Source: Candidatus Fervidifonticultor secundus
GTDB taxonomy: Bacteria; Sysuimicrobiota; Sysuimicrobiia; Sysuimicrobiales; Humicultoraceae
Direction: 5' to 3'
NCBI GenBank assembly: GCA_031459385.1
Contig: JAVKIP010000005.1
Location: 103,216 to 167,215 of the forward strand
DNA length: 64,000 bases
Shown here: one piece after another, positions 40,284 to 50,548 of the stretch
Layout of the letters: each line of letters begins with the position of its first letter
How positions within the stretch are numbered: position 1 is the stretch's first letter
Translations under genes and position numbers: made by a program
Notes under the pieces: generated by a model
What the model was told of the DNA's origin: nothing
The model's input: the letters and a program-made list of their open reading frames with translations, nothing else
The model's database searches: none

Positions 40284-42003
40284 GCACATCTTCGACGCGG
40301 TCATCGTCGGGGCCGGTGGCGCGGGGCTGCGCGCGGCTGTCGAACTGGGCGGCGCCCGGGTGGCCGTGGTCAGTAAACTCTACCCGCCCCGCTCGCACAC
40401 CGGCGCGGCCCAGGGCGGGATCGGCGCCGCGCTGGGCAACATGGAGGAAGACCACCCGGAGTGGCACACCTTCGACACCATCAAAGGGGGCGACTACCTG
40501 GTCGACCAGGACGCGGCCGAGCTGATGTGCGAGGAGGCCGTGGAGACCGTCTACGAGTTGGAGCACTGGGGCCTCCCGTTCGACCGCACGCCCGACGGCC
40601 GCATCGCCCAGCGCCGGTTCGGCGGGCACACGCGCAACTTCGGCGAGGGCCCGGTGCGGCGCGCCTGCCACGCCGCCGACCGCACGGGGCACATGATCCT
40701 GCAGACGCTCTACCAGCAGAGCCTGCGGCTGGGCGTTCAGTTCTTCGACGAGTTCCAGATGCTGGATCTCCTCGTCGAGGACGGGCGCTGCGCCGGCCTG
40801 GTGGCCTACGACATCGACCACGGCGAGCTCCACGTCTTCCGGGCCCGGGCGGTGCTCCTGGCCACCGGTGGCTTCGGGCGCATCTACAAGGTCACCAGCA
40901 ACGCCCACGCCCTCACCGGTGACGGCGTGGCCATCGCGTGGCGCCGCGGCGTGCCCCTGGAGGACATGGAGTTCTTCCAGTTCCACCCCACCGGGATCTA
41001 CCGCCTCGGCATCCTACTGTCCGAGGCCGCGCGCGGCGAGGGCGCGGTGCTGCTGAACGGCCGGGGCGAGCGCTTCATGGAGCGCTACGCGCCTACCCTG
41101 AAGGACCTGGCCCCCCGCGACATGATCTCGCGCTGCATGTACCTGGAGATCCGCGAGGGGCGAGGGGTCGGCGGCAAAGACTACATCCACCTGGACTTCC
41201 GCCACCTGGGCAAGGACGTCATCGATCAGAAGCTGCCCGACATCACCGAGTTCGTCCGGGTGTACATGGGGCTCGACCCGACCCGGGAGCCGGTCCCGAT
41301 CCAGCCCACCGCCCACTACGCCATGGGCGGCATCCCCACCAACACCGACGGCCAGGTCATCAAGAACGAGCGTGCCGACCCCCTGTGGGGCCTCTACGCC
41401 GCCGGCGAGTGCGCGTGCGTCTCGGTGCACGGCGCGAACCGGCTGGGCACCAACTCGCTGGTGGACATCCTGGTGTTCGGGCGCCGCGCCGGCCGGCACA
41501 TGGCGCGCTACCTGCGCGAGGCCCCACTGCTGCCCGTCTACGGCAACCCCGCCGCGGCCGTCGGCGACCAGATCCAGGCGTTGCTCGGCCGCGACCAGGG
41601 CGAGCCCGTGGCCCGGCTGCGGGAAGAGCTCCAACAAGAAATGATGGACAACGTCGGCGTCTTTCGCACCGCGGCGGGGCTCCAGCACGCGCTGGCGAAG
41701 ATCGAGGAGCTCCGGGACCGCTATGCGCGCGCGCGGATCAACGACCACGGCCGTCGGTTCAACACCGACCTGCTGGAGGCGCTGGAGATGGGCTTCCTGC
41801 TGGACCTGGCCGAGGCGACGGCGGCCAGCGCCCTGCACCGCACCGAGAGCCGCGGCGGCCACTTCCGGGAAGACTTCCCCGACCGCGACGACGCCGCCTG
41901 GCTCAAGCACACGCTGCTCTACCGCGGGCCGGCGGGCCGGCACGAGTTCCGCTACAAACCGGTGGTGATCACCCGATTCCAGCCAAAGGAGCGGACGTAC
42001 TGA
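40276..42003 (+). CDS. sdhA: Succinate dehydrogenase flavoprotein subunit
   Basis: SHTGAAQGG, AADRTGH, QFHPTG, HGANRLG. Confidence 0.96.
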   Translation: MIEHIFDAVIVGAGGAGLRAAVELGGARVAVVSKLYPPRSHTGAAQGGIGAALGNMEEDHPEWHTFDTIKGGDYLVDQDAAELMCEEAVETVYELEHWGLPFDRTPDGRIAQRRFGGHTRNFGEGPVRRACHAADRTGHMILQTLYQQSLRLGVQFFDEFQMLDLLVEDGRCAGLVAYDIDHGELHVFRARAVLLATGGFGRIYKVTSNAHALTGDGVAIAWRRGVPLEDMEFFQFHPTGIYRLGILLSEAARGEGAVLLNGRGERFMERYAPTLKDLAPRDMISRCMYLEIREGRGVGGKDYIHLDFRHLGKDVIDQKLPDITEFVRVYMGLDPTREPVPIQPTAHYAMGGIPTNTDGQVIKNERADPLWGLYAAGECACVSVHGANRLGTNSLVDILVFGRRAGRHMARYLREAPLLPVYGNPAAAVGDQIQALLGRDQGEPVARLREELQQEMMDNVGVFRTAAGLQHALAKIEELRDRYARARINDHGRRFNTDLLEALEMGFLLDLAEATAASALHRTESRGGHFREDFPDRDDAAWLKHTLLYRGPAGRHEFRYKPVVITRFQPKERTY

Positions 42004-42005
42004 CC

Positions 42006-42704
42006 ATGACCGTGCGCTTTCGCATCAAGCGGTTCGACCCCGAGCGCGATCGAGCGCCCCACTGGGAAGAGTACGACGTGCCCGCCGAGCCCACCGACCG
42101 GGTGCTGGACGGCCTGCACTACATCAAGTGGTACCTGGACGGCACGCTGACCCTGCGGCGGTCGTGCGCGCACGGCATCTGCGGCTCGGACGCCATGATG
42201 ATCAACGGCCGCAACCGGCTGGCGTGCAAGATCCTGATCAAGGACGCGGGCGCGCGCATCGCGGTGGAGCCGCTGCGGGGCCTGCCGGTCATCAAGGACC
42301 TGGTCGTGGACATGGAGCCGTTCTTCGCCAAGTACCGGGCGGTGATGCCCTGGCTCGTGCCGCACGACCCGCCGCCCGCCCGGGAGCGCCTGCAGAGCCC
42401 GGAGGCGCGCGCCCGCTTCGACGACACCACCAAGTGCATCCTCTGCGCGGCGTGCACCACCTCGTGCCCGATCTTCTGGGCCGACGGCGAGTACCTGGGC
42501 CCGGCGGCCATCGTCAACGCCCACCGGTTCATCTTCGACAGCCGGGACCAGGCCGCCGAGGAGCGCCTGGCGATCCTCGCCGAGCGCTCGGGCGCCTTCC
42601 GGTGTCGCACGACGTTCAACTGCACCGACGCGTGCCCCCGCGGCATCGAGGTGACCCGGGCGATCCAGGAGGTCAAGCAGGCGATCCTGTTCCGGCGCGT
42701 GTAG
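42006..42704 (+). CDS. sdhB: Succinate dehydrogenase iron-sulfur subunit
   Basis: SCAHGICGSD, CILCAACTTSCP, CRTTFNCTDACP. Confidence 0.96.
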   Translation: MTVRFRIKRFDPERDRAPHWEEYDVPAEPTDRVLDGLHYIKWYLDGTLTLRRSCAHGICGSDAMMINGRNRLACKILIKDAGARIAVEPLRGLPVIKDLVVDMEPFFAKYRAVMPWLVPHDPPPARERLQSPEARARFDDTTKCILCAACTTSCPIFWADGEYLGPAAIVNAHRFIFDSRDQAAEERLAILAERSGAFRCRTTFNCTDACPRGIEVTRAIQEVKQAILFRRV

Positions 42705-42713
42705 CCCCCGGCC

Positions 42714-43175
42714 ATGGCCGGCATCTTCGCCCGCATCTACGCCGCCGTGCGGCGCGTCCCGCGGGGCCGCGTGGTCTCCTACGGCGAGATCGCGCGCCAG
42801 GCCGGGCTCCGCCAGGGCGCCCGCACCGTGGGCTGGGCCCTGGCGTCGCTCCCGCCCGGGACGCCGATCCCCTGGTGGCGCGTTGTCCGCGCCGACGGGA
42901 GGATCGCCCCGCGCCCGGGGGCGGGTCGGCAGTGCCGGTACCTGGCGCGCGAGGGCGTCCGGTTCCACCACGACGGACGGGTGGACGTGCAGCGCTACGG
43001 GTGGGCGGGGAGCACGCGCGCCGCCGTGCCGCGCCGCCAGGCACGCACCGCGAGCGCCGCGGCCGCGCAGACCGCGGCGCCGCACAGGACGGCGACGCGG
43101 GCGCCGGCGGCCTGGGCCAGCGCCCCCATGAACAGGCCGCCCAGCGGTGCGGTTCCGAAGAACGCCAGGATGTAG
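42714..43175 (+). CDS. Alkyltransferase-like (ATL/MGMT family, non-catalytic) protein
   Basis: VPRGRVVSYGEIA, ARTVG; PWWRV replaces PCHRV. Confidence 0.87.
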   Translation: MAGIFARIYAAVRRVPRGRVVSYGEIARQAGLRQGARTVGWALASLPPGTPIPWWRVVRADGRIAPRPGAGRQCRYLAREGVRFHHDGRVDVQRYGWAGSTRAAVPRRQARTASAAAAQTAAPHRTATRAPAAWASAPMNRPPSGAVPKNARM

Positions 43176-44248
43176 AGGCTCATCACGCGGCCACGCAGGC
43201 CGTCGGGCACCATGGTCTGAATGGTGGTGTTCGTGGCCGACATGTAGGCGGTCACGGTCCCGCTGACCCCGACGATCAGCACCAGCGAGACGGCGAACGC
43301 GGGGCTGGCGGCGAAGGCGGCGAGCAGCACCGCGAACGCCCCGTAGAGCGTCAGGATCACGACCTCCATGCGGGCAGGTCGGGCCGCGGCCAGGGCCAGC
43401 ACGCCCACGGTGGCCCCGAGGCCGCTGGCGGTGAGCAGCAGGCCGTAGCCACGCGCGGCCACGTGCAGCACGTCGCGGGCGAAGACCGGCAGCAGGACGG
43501 TGAACGACAGGCCGAAGACGCCGGTGACAGCCAGCAGCGCCAGCAGCGCCCGCAGCACCGGCTGGCCCAGGGCGAAAGCCAGTCCCTCGCGCAGCTCGCG
43601 CATCAGGTCCTGCCGCTCAGCGGCCGGCGGCCGGGAGTTGACAGGGATCGTCGCCAGTGCCCCCAACACCGCCAGGTACGTGACGGTGTTCAGGGCAAAG
43701 CTCAGCCCCGGCCCGGCGCGATTCCCGAACTGGTCGATGATGACGCCCGCGATGACCGGGCCGATGATCCGCGACCCGTTGAAAACTGCCGAGTTCAGCG
43801 CGACGGCGTTCATCAAGTCGTCGCGGTCGACCAGGTGCGCCAGCAGCGACTGACGCGCCGGCATGTCCATCGCGGCCGCCACGCCGCTCGCCGCGCTCAG
43901 CACCAGGATGTGCCAGACAGCGATCTGCCCGGTGAGGGTCAGGACCGCCAGGATCGCCGAGACCAGCATGAACGTGCCCTGCGTGGCCAGCAGCAAGTGC
44001 CGCTTCTCGGAGCGATCGGCCACCACGCCCCCGACCAGGCCTAGCAGCATCGTAGGGATCGTGTTGACCATGGTCACCGTGCCCAGCATGAACGGCGACC
44101 CCGTCAGGTCGTAGACCAGCCACCCCTGCGCGGTGATCTGGATCCACGACCCGATGAGCGAGACCAAACCGCCCCACCAGAAGCGGCGGTAGTGCGGGTG
44201 GCGCAGGGCGCTGAAGGCCTGCGCCGGGGCCAGGGCCCGGACGTTCAT
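42995..44248 (-). CDS. MFS transporter (MFS_3/DHA3-like)
   Basis: About 12 TM segments, GGVVADRSEKR motif A, GLRGRVMS. Confidence 0.92.
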   Translation of the reverse strand: MNVRALAPAQAFSALRHPHYRRFWWGGLVSLIGSWIQITAQGWLVYDLTGSPFMLGTVTMVNTIPTMLLGLVGGVVADRSEKRHLLLATQGTFMLVSAILAVLTLTGQIAVWHILVLSAASGVAAAMDMPARQSLLAHLVDRDDLMNAVALNSAVFNGSRIIGPVIAGVIIDQFGNRAGPGLSFALNTVTYLAVLGALATIPVNSRPPAAERQDLMRELREGLAFALGQPVLRALLALLAVTGVFGLSFTVLLPVFARDVLHVAARGYGLLLTASGLGATVGVLALAAARPARMEVVILTLYGAFAVLLAAFAASPAFAVSLVLIVGVSGTVTAYMSATNTTIQTMVPDGLRGRVMSLYILAFFGTAPLGGLFMGALAQAAGARVAVLCGAAVCAAAALAVRAWRRGTAARVLPAHP

Positions 44249-44466
44249 GCGCGGCGGTTCCCGTCCTCGCGCCGGGTGACCCTCCCCCCTTCGAGGAACG
44301 CGTCGAGGTCGCGGCGGAAGAGCCGGTAGATCTTGCCCAGACGGGCGGCGGGCAGCCGGCCGTCCCGGATGTACCGGTAGACCGTCAGGGGGTGGACCTG
44401 CAGGTAGGCTGCGGCCTGGTCCACGGTCAGGATCTCCCGCCCGGTGGGATCGTCAGCGCGCGCCAT
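44245..44466 (-). CDS. Excisionase-family (HTH_17) DNA-binding protein
   Basis: LTVDQAAAYLQV...TVYR.IRDG.LPAARLG. Confidence 0.9.
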   Translation of the reverse strand: MARADDPTGREILTVDQAAAYLQVHPLTVYRYIRDGRLPAARLGKIYRLFRRDLDAFLEGGRVTRREDGNRRA

Positions 44467-45574
44467 ACAACTCGGTGACCGATGGGGTGCGCGACGCCGT
44501 GACGAACGCGAGCCCCTGCTCCGCAGCGTCCCGGAGGCGGTCTGGCCGCAGGCGGTAGTACTTGAGCGCGCCCCGGTCGACCACCTGGACCAGGTGCGCC
44601 GCCCGCAGCAGCGCCATGTGGTGCAGCGCCGTCACGTGGGAGACGTTCAGGGCGCGGGCCAGTTCCTGGAGGTACATCTCCCGCTGCGCGAGCAGGCGCA
44701 GGATGCGTAGCCGCGTCTCGTCGCCGAGCGCCTTGTACACGCGCACCAGGTCCGGCGGCGGCAGGTCGGGCGCGGCGCGGGTCTCGATGGGATAGATGAA
44801 CACCCGTACACCCCGGTACGCGGTGACCAGGTTGTAGGGACGGAAGAAGTACGTGGGAGCCAGCACCACGCCCTCCAGCGCGGCGTCGGGCCCGATGACG
44901 AACCCACCCGTGGCGCGCTCGACGAGCTCGGTGGGGGCCAGGGCAGCCGCCCGCCGTGCCAGCGCCGCGGCGTCCCGCATGAGCAGCGGCACGACGGTCG
45001 GCGCCTCCGGCGCGTAGACGCGCGCGTACCCTTCCCGCAGCAGCCGCACCAGCCGTGCCTTCACCTCGGCGGGCGGCAGCAGCAGCAGCCGGCGCACCGG
45101 CCGGCGGTCGACGTCGGGATGCACCGCGGCCAGCAGGGCCTCGACGGCCGCGCGGCTACCGCCGACTGCGGCGCGCAGCCGCGACAGGTCCCGCGGGTCG
45201 GCCAGCGTCTGGGCCAGCATCAGCTCCAGCAGCACGCCGGCCGGTGCCGCCGTCACGCGGTCGATGAACACCTCGACCGGGGCGCCGGCGGCCGCCTCAA
45301 GGATCCCCACGACCCCGAGGGTGCGGCCCCGGGGCGGAAAGAGCAGGGCCAGGTCGGCCCGCAGGTCGCGCCCCAGCGCCCCGCGCGCGCGCTCCACCCA
45401 CGCCGCCGGCACCTCGTAGCCGAAGCCGGGGTCGAACGTCTCCACGAGGTACAGGCATGCCAGGAAGTCATACGCCGGCGACGGGTCGATGCGGACCCGG
45501 AGCGCCTGGCGGGGAGCGGTGAGGTCGACGACTTTCAACGCTTGTAGTCCCTTATCTACATTAAAGTAGACCAC
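44453..45574 (-). CDS. ArsR/SmtB-family regulator with large N-terminal domain
   Basis: C-terminal KALGDETRLRILRLL..ELA...V HTH; start may be TTG near 45538. Confidence 0.85.
   Translation of the reverse strand: MVYFNVDKGLQALKVVDLTAPRQALRVRIDPSPAYDFLACLYLVETFDPGFGYEVPAAWVERARGALGRDLRADLALLFPPRGRTLGVVGILEAAAGAPVEVFIDRVTAAPAGVLLELMLAQTLADPRDLSRLRAAVGGSRAAVEALLAAVHPDVDRRPVRRLLLLPPAEVKARLVRLLREGYARVYAPEAPTVVPLLMRDAAALARRAAALAPTELVERATGGFVIGPDAALEGVVLAPTYFFRPYNLVTAYRGVRVFIYPIETRAAPDLPPPDLVRVYKALGDETRLRILRLLAQREMYLQELARALNVSHVTALHHMALLRAAHLVQVVDRGALKYYRLRPDRLRDAAEQGLAFVTASRTPSVTELYGAR
45555..45570. promoter_or_regulatory. Palindromic operator candidate
   Basis: TCTACATTAAAGTAGA (TCTAC-N6-GTAGA) within an AT-rich patch; TTGACG at 45588-45593 on the minus strand. 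Confidence 0.6.
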
Positions 45575-45604
45575 CTCTTACAATCACCGTCAAGGTGGCG
45601 GAGC

Positions 45605-47638
45605 CTACAGCGCCCGGGACCGGTCGACGCCGGCCGCCCCGCCGTCGCGGGGTGCAGGCTCCAGGTGCCGGGCCAGCCAGTCGAGCACGCGGCGCAGGCG
45701 CTCCAGCCGCTGCCGCGGCCGCCCGCTGGACGACATCTGGTGGCTGGAGTCGCAAAAGCGCAGGAGCACCGCCTCCCGGCCCCACCGCCGCAGCGCCGTG
45801 TAGAACTGCTCGGTCTGCTCGGCGGGGCATCGGTAGTCGTCCTCGTTGACCGTGAAGAGCACCGGCGTCGTGACGTTGCGAGCGTAGGCGATGGGCGACT
45901 GCATCAGGAGCCGCTCGGGATCGTCCCACGGGGTCGTGCCGAGCTCGGCTTCGCCCCACGTGCAGCCGATGTCGCTGGTGCCGTAGAAGCTGTAAAGGTT
46001 GCTGACGCAGACTTCGATGACGGCGCAGCGGAACCGCTGCGTGTGGCCGATCACCCAGCCGGTCATATACCCGCCGTAGGACGCGCCCGTGACCGCGACG
46101 CGGGCAGGGTCGACGTGTCCCTGGGCCATGACGTGGTCCAGCCCGAGCAGGATGTCGCGGCTGTCCTTGCCGCCCCAGTCACCCACCACCGCCCGCGTGA
46201 AGGCTTCGCCGTAGCCGCCGCTGCCCCGCGGGTTGGTCCAGACGACGATATAGCCCTGCGCCGCCAGCAGGTGATGGAAGTGCGTGAACAGGTCGCCGTA
46301 GGTCGAGTGCGGGCCGCCGTGGATGCGCAGGACCGCGGGGTACGTCCTGGCGGGGTCGAAGAACGGCGGCAGCAGGTACCATCCCTCCATCGGCCAGCCG
46401 TCGGCGCCCGCGTACGTGAAGGGGCGCGGGAGGGTGAGGTCCAGCTCGGCCAGCAGGTCGTCGTGGAACGACGCGAGCGGCCGGGACGCGCCGCCGGCCG
46501 GCAGGATCCAGAGCTCGTCCAGCGAGCCCGGCAGGATCCGCTGGTAGACCACGACGCCGGCGGCCGCGGCGAAGTCGGCGACCACCTCGGGACCCTCGGT
46601 GAGCGGCCGCACCGTGCGGTCGTGCAGGCCCACGGCGTACAGGTGCGCATGCCCCCGGTCGGTGGCGACGAACAGAATCGCGTCGCCGCTGGGCGTCCAG
46701 GCCAGACGCGGCACCGGCGGGACCAGCCGCACGTCGGTCCCTACGCTGATGCCCACGGACCGGTCGAACCCTGCCGTCAGGTTGGTGGCGTCGCCGCCGT
46801 CGGCCGGCACGACCCAGACGCCCAGGTTGGTGGCGGTCTTGGCGTGGAAGTCGTGGCCGACGAACGCGATCCACCGCCCGTCCGGCGACGGCGCCGGGGA
46901 CAGACACGGGCCGGGATGGCGCGTGAGCTGGCGCATCGCGCGCGTCTGGACGCCGACGGCCCAGAGGTCGCGGGCGAAGGAGAGGTCGGCCTCCGGCGTG
47001 CGGTTGGCGACGCACACCACCTCGCGGCCCCCCGGCAGCCAGGCGGGCATCTCGTGGTCGAAGTCGCCCTCGGTCAGGCGCACGGGCTCGCCACCCGCGA
47101 CGGGCACGATCCAGACGTGGCCGAAGCCGTCCAGGTAGCCCTGCCCGTCGGCCCGGTACTTCACCCGCCGGACCTCGCGCACCACCGGCGGTTCCGGATC
47201 CCCGTCCGGCTCCAGGGCGTCGCGTTCCCCGCGCGTGACGAAGGCCAGCGTCTGGCTGTCCGGCGACCACGCGGGGTCGCTGACGCCGGCGGCAAAGAAC
47301 GTCAGCTGGCGCGCTTCGCCGCCGTTGGCCGGCAGGACCCACAGCTGCAGGGCCGGCTGCCGCCGGCCTCGCTGCGCGCCACTACGGGTGGACAGGAACG
47401 CGATCCAGCGTCCGTCGGGCGACCACACCGGACGCGCGTCGCGGGCGCCCTCGGCCGTGAACGGTTCCGGGCGGCCGCCGGCGGTGTCGACGACCCACAG
47501 ACGTGCGCGGACGTCGTTGCGCTCGGCATCCAGCCATGCCAGGGCGAAGGCCGCGCGCCGTCCGTCGGGGGCCAGCGCCGGATCGTGCGGGAACCGGATG
47601 CGCAGCAGGTCGTCAGCGGTGATGAGTCGGCGGGCCAT
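45605..47638 (-). CDS. S9 family prolyl oligopeptidase/acylaminoacyl peptidase
   Basis: WSPDG propeller repeats, IHGGPH, NPRGS.GYG, GASYGG; ATG at 47638 with GGAGG RBS. Confidence 0.95.
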   Translation of the reverse strand: MARRLITADDLLRIRFPHDPALAPDGRRAAFALAWLDAERNDVRARLWVVDTAGGRPEPFTAEGARDARPVWSPDGRWIAFLSTRSGAQRGRRQPALQLWVLPANGGEARQLTFFAAGVSDPAWSPDSQTLAFVTRGERDALEPDGDPEPPVVREVRRVKYRADGQGYLDGFGHVWIVPVAGGEPVRLTEGDFDHEMPAWLPGGREVVCVANRTPEADLSFARDLWAVGVQTRAMRQLTRHPGPCLSPAPSPDGRWIAFVGHDFHAKTATNLGVWVVPADGGDATNLTAGFDRSVGISVGTDVRLVPPVPRLAWTPSGDAILFVATDRGHAHLYAVGLHDRTVRPLTEGPEVVADFAAAAGVVVYQRILPGSLDELWILPAGGASRPLASFHDDLLAELDLTLPRPFTYAGADGWPMEGWYLLPPFFDPARTYPAVLRIHGGPHSTYGDLFTHFHHLLAAQGYIVVWTNPRGSGGYGEAFTRAVVGDWGGKDSRDILLGLDHVMAQGHVDPARVAVTGASYGGYMTGWVIGHTQRFRCAVIEVCVSNLYSFYGTSDIGCTWGEAELGTTPWDDPERLLMQSPIAYARNVTTPVLFTVNEDDYRCPAEQTEQFYTALRRWGREAVLLRFCDSSHQMSSSGRPRQRLERLRRVLDWLARHLEPAPRDGGAAGVDRSRAL

Positions 47639-47923
47639 CGCATCCTCCTGTGCGGCCGTCGTCGGCATACGGTCAGGACGCCGCCGGCGGCGGGGCCTCC
47701 AGCGCCAGCAGGTGGGCGACGTGGAACCCGATCTCCACCCCCACGAGCAGCAGACACGTGCGGGCCGTGACGTCGCCTCCCTGTGCCGACGTTCCCTCTC
47801 CGGAGGGTTCGCAGGGACCGCGGCCATGCCCTGCGCCCCGCGCGCGCCCGCAGTGGGCCGTGCGCCCGCCGTGGGCACCGGACCGCACGGCGCCCGCTGG
47901 CGGCGCGTGCCGGGGTGTCTGCG

Positions 47924-47932
47924 TGGTATAAT
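47924..47932 (+). promoter_or_regulatory. Extended -10 promoter
   Basis: TG-G-TATAAT just upstream of the riboswitch. Confidence 0.7.
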
Positions 47933-47961
47933 TCCCCCAGATCGGTCAATCGCATACGCAG

Positions 47962-48120
47962 CCCGATGCGCCGAATCCCTGCGCACGCAGGGAGCGGGGG
48001 AACCACCCCGGTGCCGTGTACGCCGCCGGGGGCGTTCGTGGGGCGAAGGTCGCGGCCGCGACCGGGGGATCTCTCGACCCCAGCCCGTCAGCTAACCTCG
48101 CAGGCCACCGAGAGAGGGAC
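47962..48120 (+). ncRNA. Cyclic di-AMP (ydaO/yuaA) riboswitch
   Basis: Conserved blocks in order: CGCCGAATCC..GGAGCGGGGGAACCA..TGGGGCGAA..CCCAGCCCGTCAGCTAACCTCGCAGGC..GAGAGAGG. Confidence 0.92.
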
Positions 48121-48136
48121 TCGTGGCGCCGCGTGC

Positions 48137-48159
48137 GGCCCGGAGACCTTCTCCGGGCC
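48137..48159 (+). terminator. Hairpin of the riboswitch expression platform
   Basis: GGCCCGGAGA-CCT-TCTCCGGGCC 10-bp stem with a weak U-tail. Confidence 0.5.
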
Positions 48160-48205
48160 ATATCGCTTCCTACCCCCGGCGCCGGGAGTGCCAGCGGGAG
48201 CCGTG

Positions 48206-50548
48206 ATGGACATGGTCGAATCCGGAGATCTTGGGCACGTCCCGGGCCTGGGGGCCGAGCTCCGGCAGGCGCTGCGGGGACGGCCGCTTGTGATCGTGAG
48301 CAACCGCGAGCCGTACGTCCATCGGCGCACCGCGCGGGGCCTCGAGGTCGAGCGCCCGGCCGGCGGGCTCGTGGCCGCGCTGGACCCTGTGCTGCGACAG
48401 GTCGGCGGCGCCTGGGTCGCGTGGGGGAGCGGCGACGCCGACTTCGAGGTGACAGACGAGCACGGGCGGGTGGCGGCGCCGCCCGAGGCGTCCTGCTACA
48501 CGCTGCACCGCGTGCGCCTCTCCCGCAGCGACGTGGCGAAGTTCTACCACGGCTACGCCAACCAGGCGCTGTGGCCGCTATGCCACATGGCCACCGACAA
48601 GGCCAGGTTCGCACGCCGCTTCTGGCGCGCCTACCGTGCGGTCAACGAGCGCTTCGCCGAGGCGACGCTGCGGGCCGCGGACGGCGACGCCGTCATCTGG
48701 CTCCACGACTACCACCTGGCGCTGGTCCCCCGTTTCCTCCGCGAGCGGCGGCCGGAGGCGTTCCTGATGCACTTCTGGCACATCCCGTGGCCCTCGTGGG
48801 ACGTGCTGCGCATCTGCCCCCAGCGGGGCGAACTGCTGGACGGCCTGCTGGCCAGCGACCTCCTCGGCCTGCAGCTGCCGCGGCACGTGGAGAACTTCCT
48901 GGACTGCGCCGAGCGCGAACTGGGCGCCGTCGTCGACCCGGCCGCCGGCACGGTGGTGTACCGCGGCCGGCAGACCCTGGTGGCCGCCCTGCCGATCAGC
49001 ATCGACGCGACGGCGTGGCAGGCGCTGGCCGCGTCGCGGGCCTGCCAGCGCTGGATGGCGCACCTGCGCCGCCGGTTCCGCCTGCTGGACCGCCAGATGG
49101 TCGTCGGCGTCGACCGGCTCGACTACACGAAGGGCCTGCCGGAACGCCTGCGCGCGCTGGACCTGTTCTTCCGGCGATGGCCGGCGTTCTTGGGCCGCGT
49201 CGTCTTCGTGCAGAAGGCGGCGCCAAGCCGCACGCGCATCCGCGCGTACCGGGAGCTGCAGGAGCGTGTGGAGGCGGAGATCGTCCGGATCAACCGGCAG
49301 TACGGCACGGCCGGGTGGCAACCCATCGTCTACATCCCGCGTGCGCTGCCCGCCGCGGGGATGGCGGCCCTCTACCGTCTGGCCGACGTCTGCCTGGTGA
49401 CCTCGTTGCTCGACGGAATGAACCTGGTCGCCAAGGAGTTCGTGGCGTGCCAGGAGGATCTGCGCGGGGTGCTGGTGCTGAGTGAGCTGGCGGGCGCCAT
49501 CGAGGAGGCGCCCTGGTCGGTGGGGGTCAACCCCTACGACCCCGAGGGCATGGCCGAGGCCCTGGCGCGCGCCCTGACAATGCCGTCGGCCGAGCGGGCG
49601 CGGCGCATGCAGCAGCTGCGGGCACAGGTCGCCTACCACGACGTCTACCGCTGGATGGCGCAGCACGTCCACACGGCGGCACGTCTGCTGGATGCCCGCA
49701 CCCGGACCGGGTGGCTGTTCGCGCACCTCGAGACGGTGCGGGCCCACATCCGGGCGCGCGCGCGCCTGGTCGTCGTCGTCGACTTCGACGGGACGCTGGC
49801 CCCGATCGTCGGGCGGCCCGAGGACGCGGTGATGGCCGAGGGCGTGCGGGACCTGCTGGCGACGCTCCACGACCCCCCGCGGTCGCTGGTAGCGGTCATC
49901 AGCGGTCGGGGCCTGGCCGACCTGCGGGCGCGCGTGGGCCATGAGGGCCTGCTCTACGCCGGCAACCACGGGCTCGAGCTGTCCGGCCCGGCCTGGGGCG
50001 CCGGCCCGCCGGCAGGTGCCGCGCTGTGCGGCCTCATCGCGCGCTGCGCGGCGCGCCTGCGCCGCCGCCTGGCCGCGGTCCCGGGGGTGGTGGTCGAGGA
50101 CAAGGGCGCCAGCGCCTCCGTGCACCTGCGGCTCGCGCCGCGCGAGGCGGTGGAGCGGATCGTGGAGACGGTCCTGGACGAGGTGGGCGGGCTCCCGCCC
50201 GGCCAGCTCGAGGTGCGCCGCGGCAAGATGGTGCTCGAGATCCGGCCTGCGATCGACTGGGACAAGGGGTCGGCCGTGCGCGCGCTGCTGCAGACGGCCG
50301 TGGGGCCCGACTGGCCGGCGCGCGCCGCCGTGGTCTACGTGGGCGACGACCAGAGCGACGAGGACGCGTTCGCGGCCGTGGGCACCAGCGGCATCACGGT
50401 CCGAGTGGGGACCGACGCCGCTGCGACCGCCGCGCGGTATCGCCTGCGCGACCCGGACGAGGTGCGCCAGTTCCTGGCCACCCTGGCGCGCTGGCGGGCC
50501 GAGGCGGTCCTTGACGCCCTTCCGGGGGCCAGTAAGGTAGAGGTATGA
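48206..50548 (+). CDS. otsAB: Bifunctional trehalose-6-phosphate synthase/phosphatase (OtsA-OtsB fusion)
   Basis: [36 protein letters not shown] domain [18 protein letters not shown]. Confidence 0.95.
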   Translation: MDMVESGDLGHVPGLGAELRQALRGRPLVIVSNREPYVHRRTARGLEVERPAGGLVAALDPVLRQVGGAWVAWGSGDADFEVTDEHGRVAAPPEASCYTLHRVRLSRSDVAKFYHGYANQALWPLCHMATDKARFARRFWRAYRAVNERFAEATLRAADGDAVIWLHDYHLALVPRFLRERRPEAFLMHFWHIPWPSWDVLRICPQRGELLDGLLASDLLGLQLPRHVENFLDCAERELGAVVDPAAGTVVYRGRQTLVAALPISIDATAWQALAASRACQRWMAHLRRRFRLLDRQMVVGVDRLDYTKGLPERLRALDLFFRRWPAFLGRVVFVQKAAPSRTRIRAYRELQERVEAEIVRINRQYGTAGWQPIVYIPRALPAAGMAALYRLADVCLVTSLLDGMNLVAKEFVACQEDLRGVLVLSELAGAIEEAPWSVGVNPYDPEGMAEALARALTMPSAERARRMQQLRAQVAYHDVYRWMAQHVHTAARLLDARTRTGWLFAHLETVRAHIRARARLVVVVDFDGTLAPIVGRPEDAVMAEGVRDLLATLHDPPRSLVAVISGRGLADLRARVGHEGLLYAGNHGLELSGPAWGAGPPAGAALCGLIARCAARLRRRLAAVPGVVVEDKGASASVHLRLAPREAVERIVETVLDEVGGLPPGQLEVRRGKMVLEIRPAIDWDKGSAVRALLQTAVGPDWPARAAVVYVGDDQSDEDAFAAVGTSGITVRVGTDAAATAARYRLRDPDEVRQFLATLARWRAEAVLDALPGASKVEV

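Noticed and set aside
47673..47790. Short hydrophobic reading frame (TCLLLVGVEIGFHVAHLLALEA) after a GGAGG upstream of the S9 peptidase
   Set aside because: No properly spaced start codon and no recognisable family; may be a gene remnant but cannot be supported
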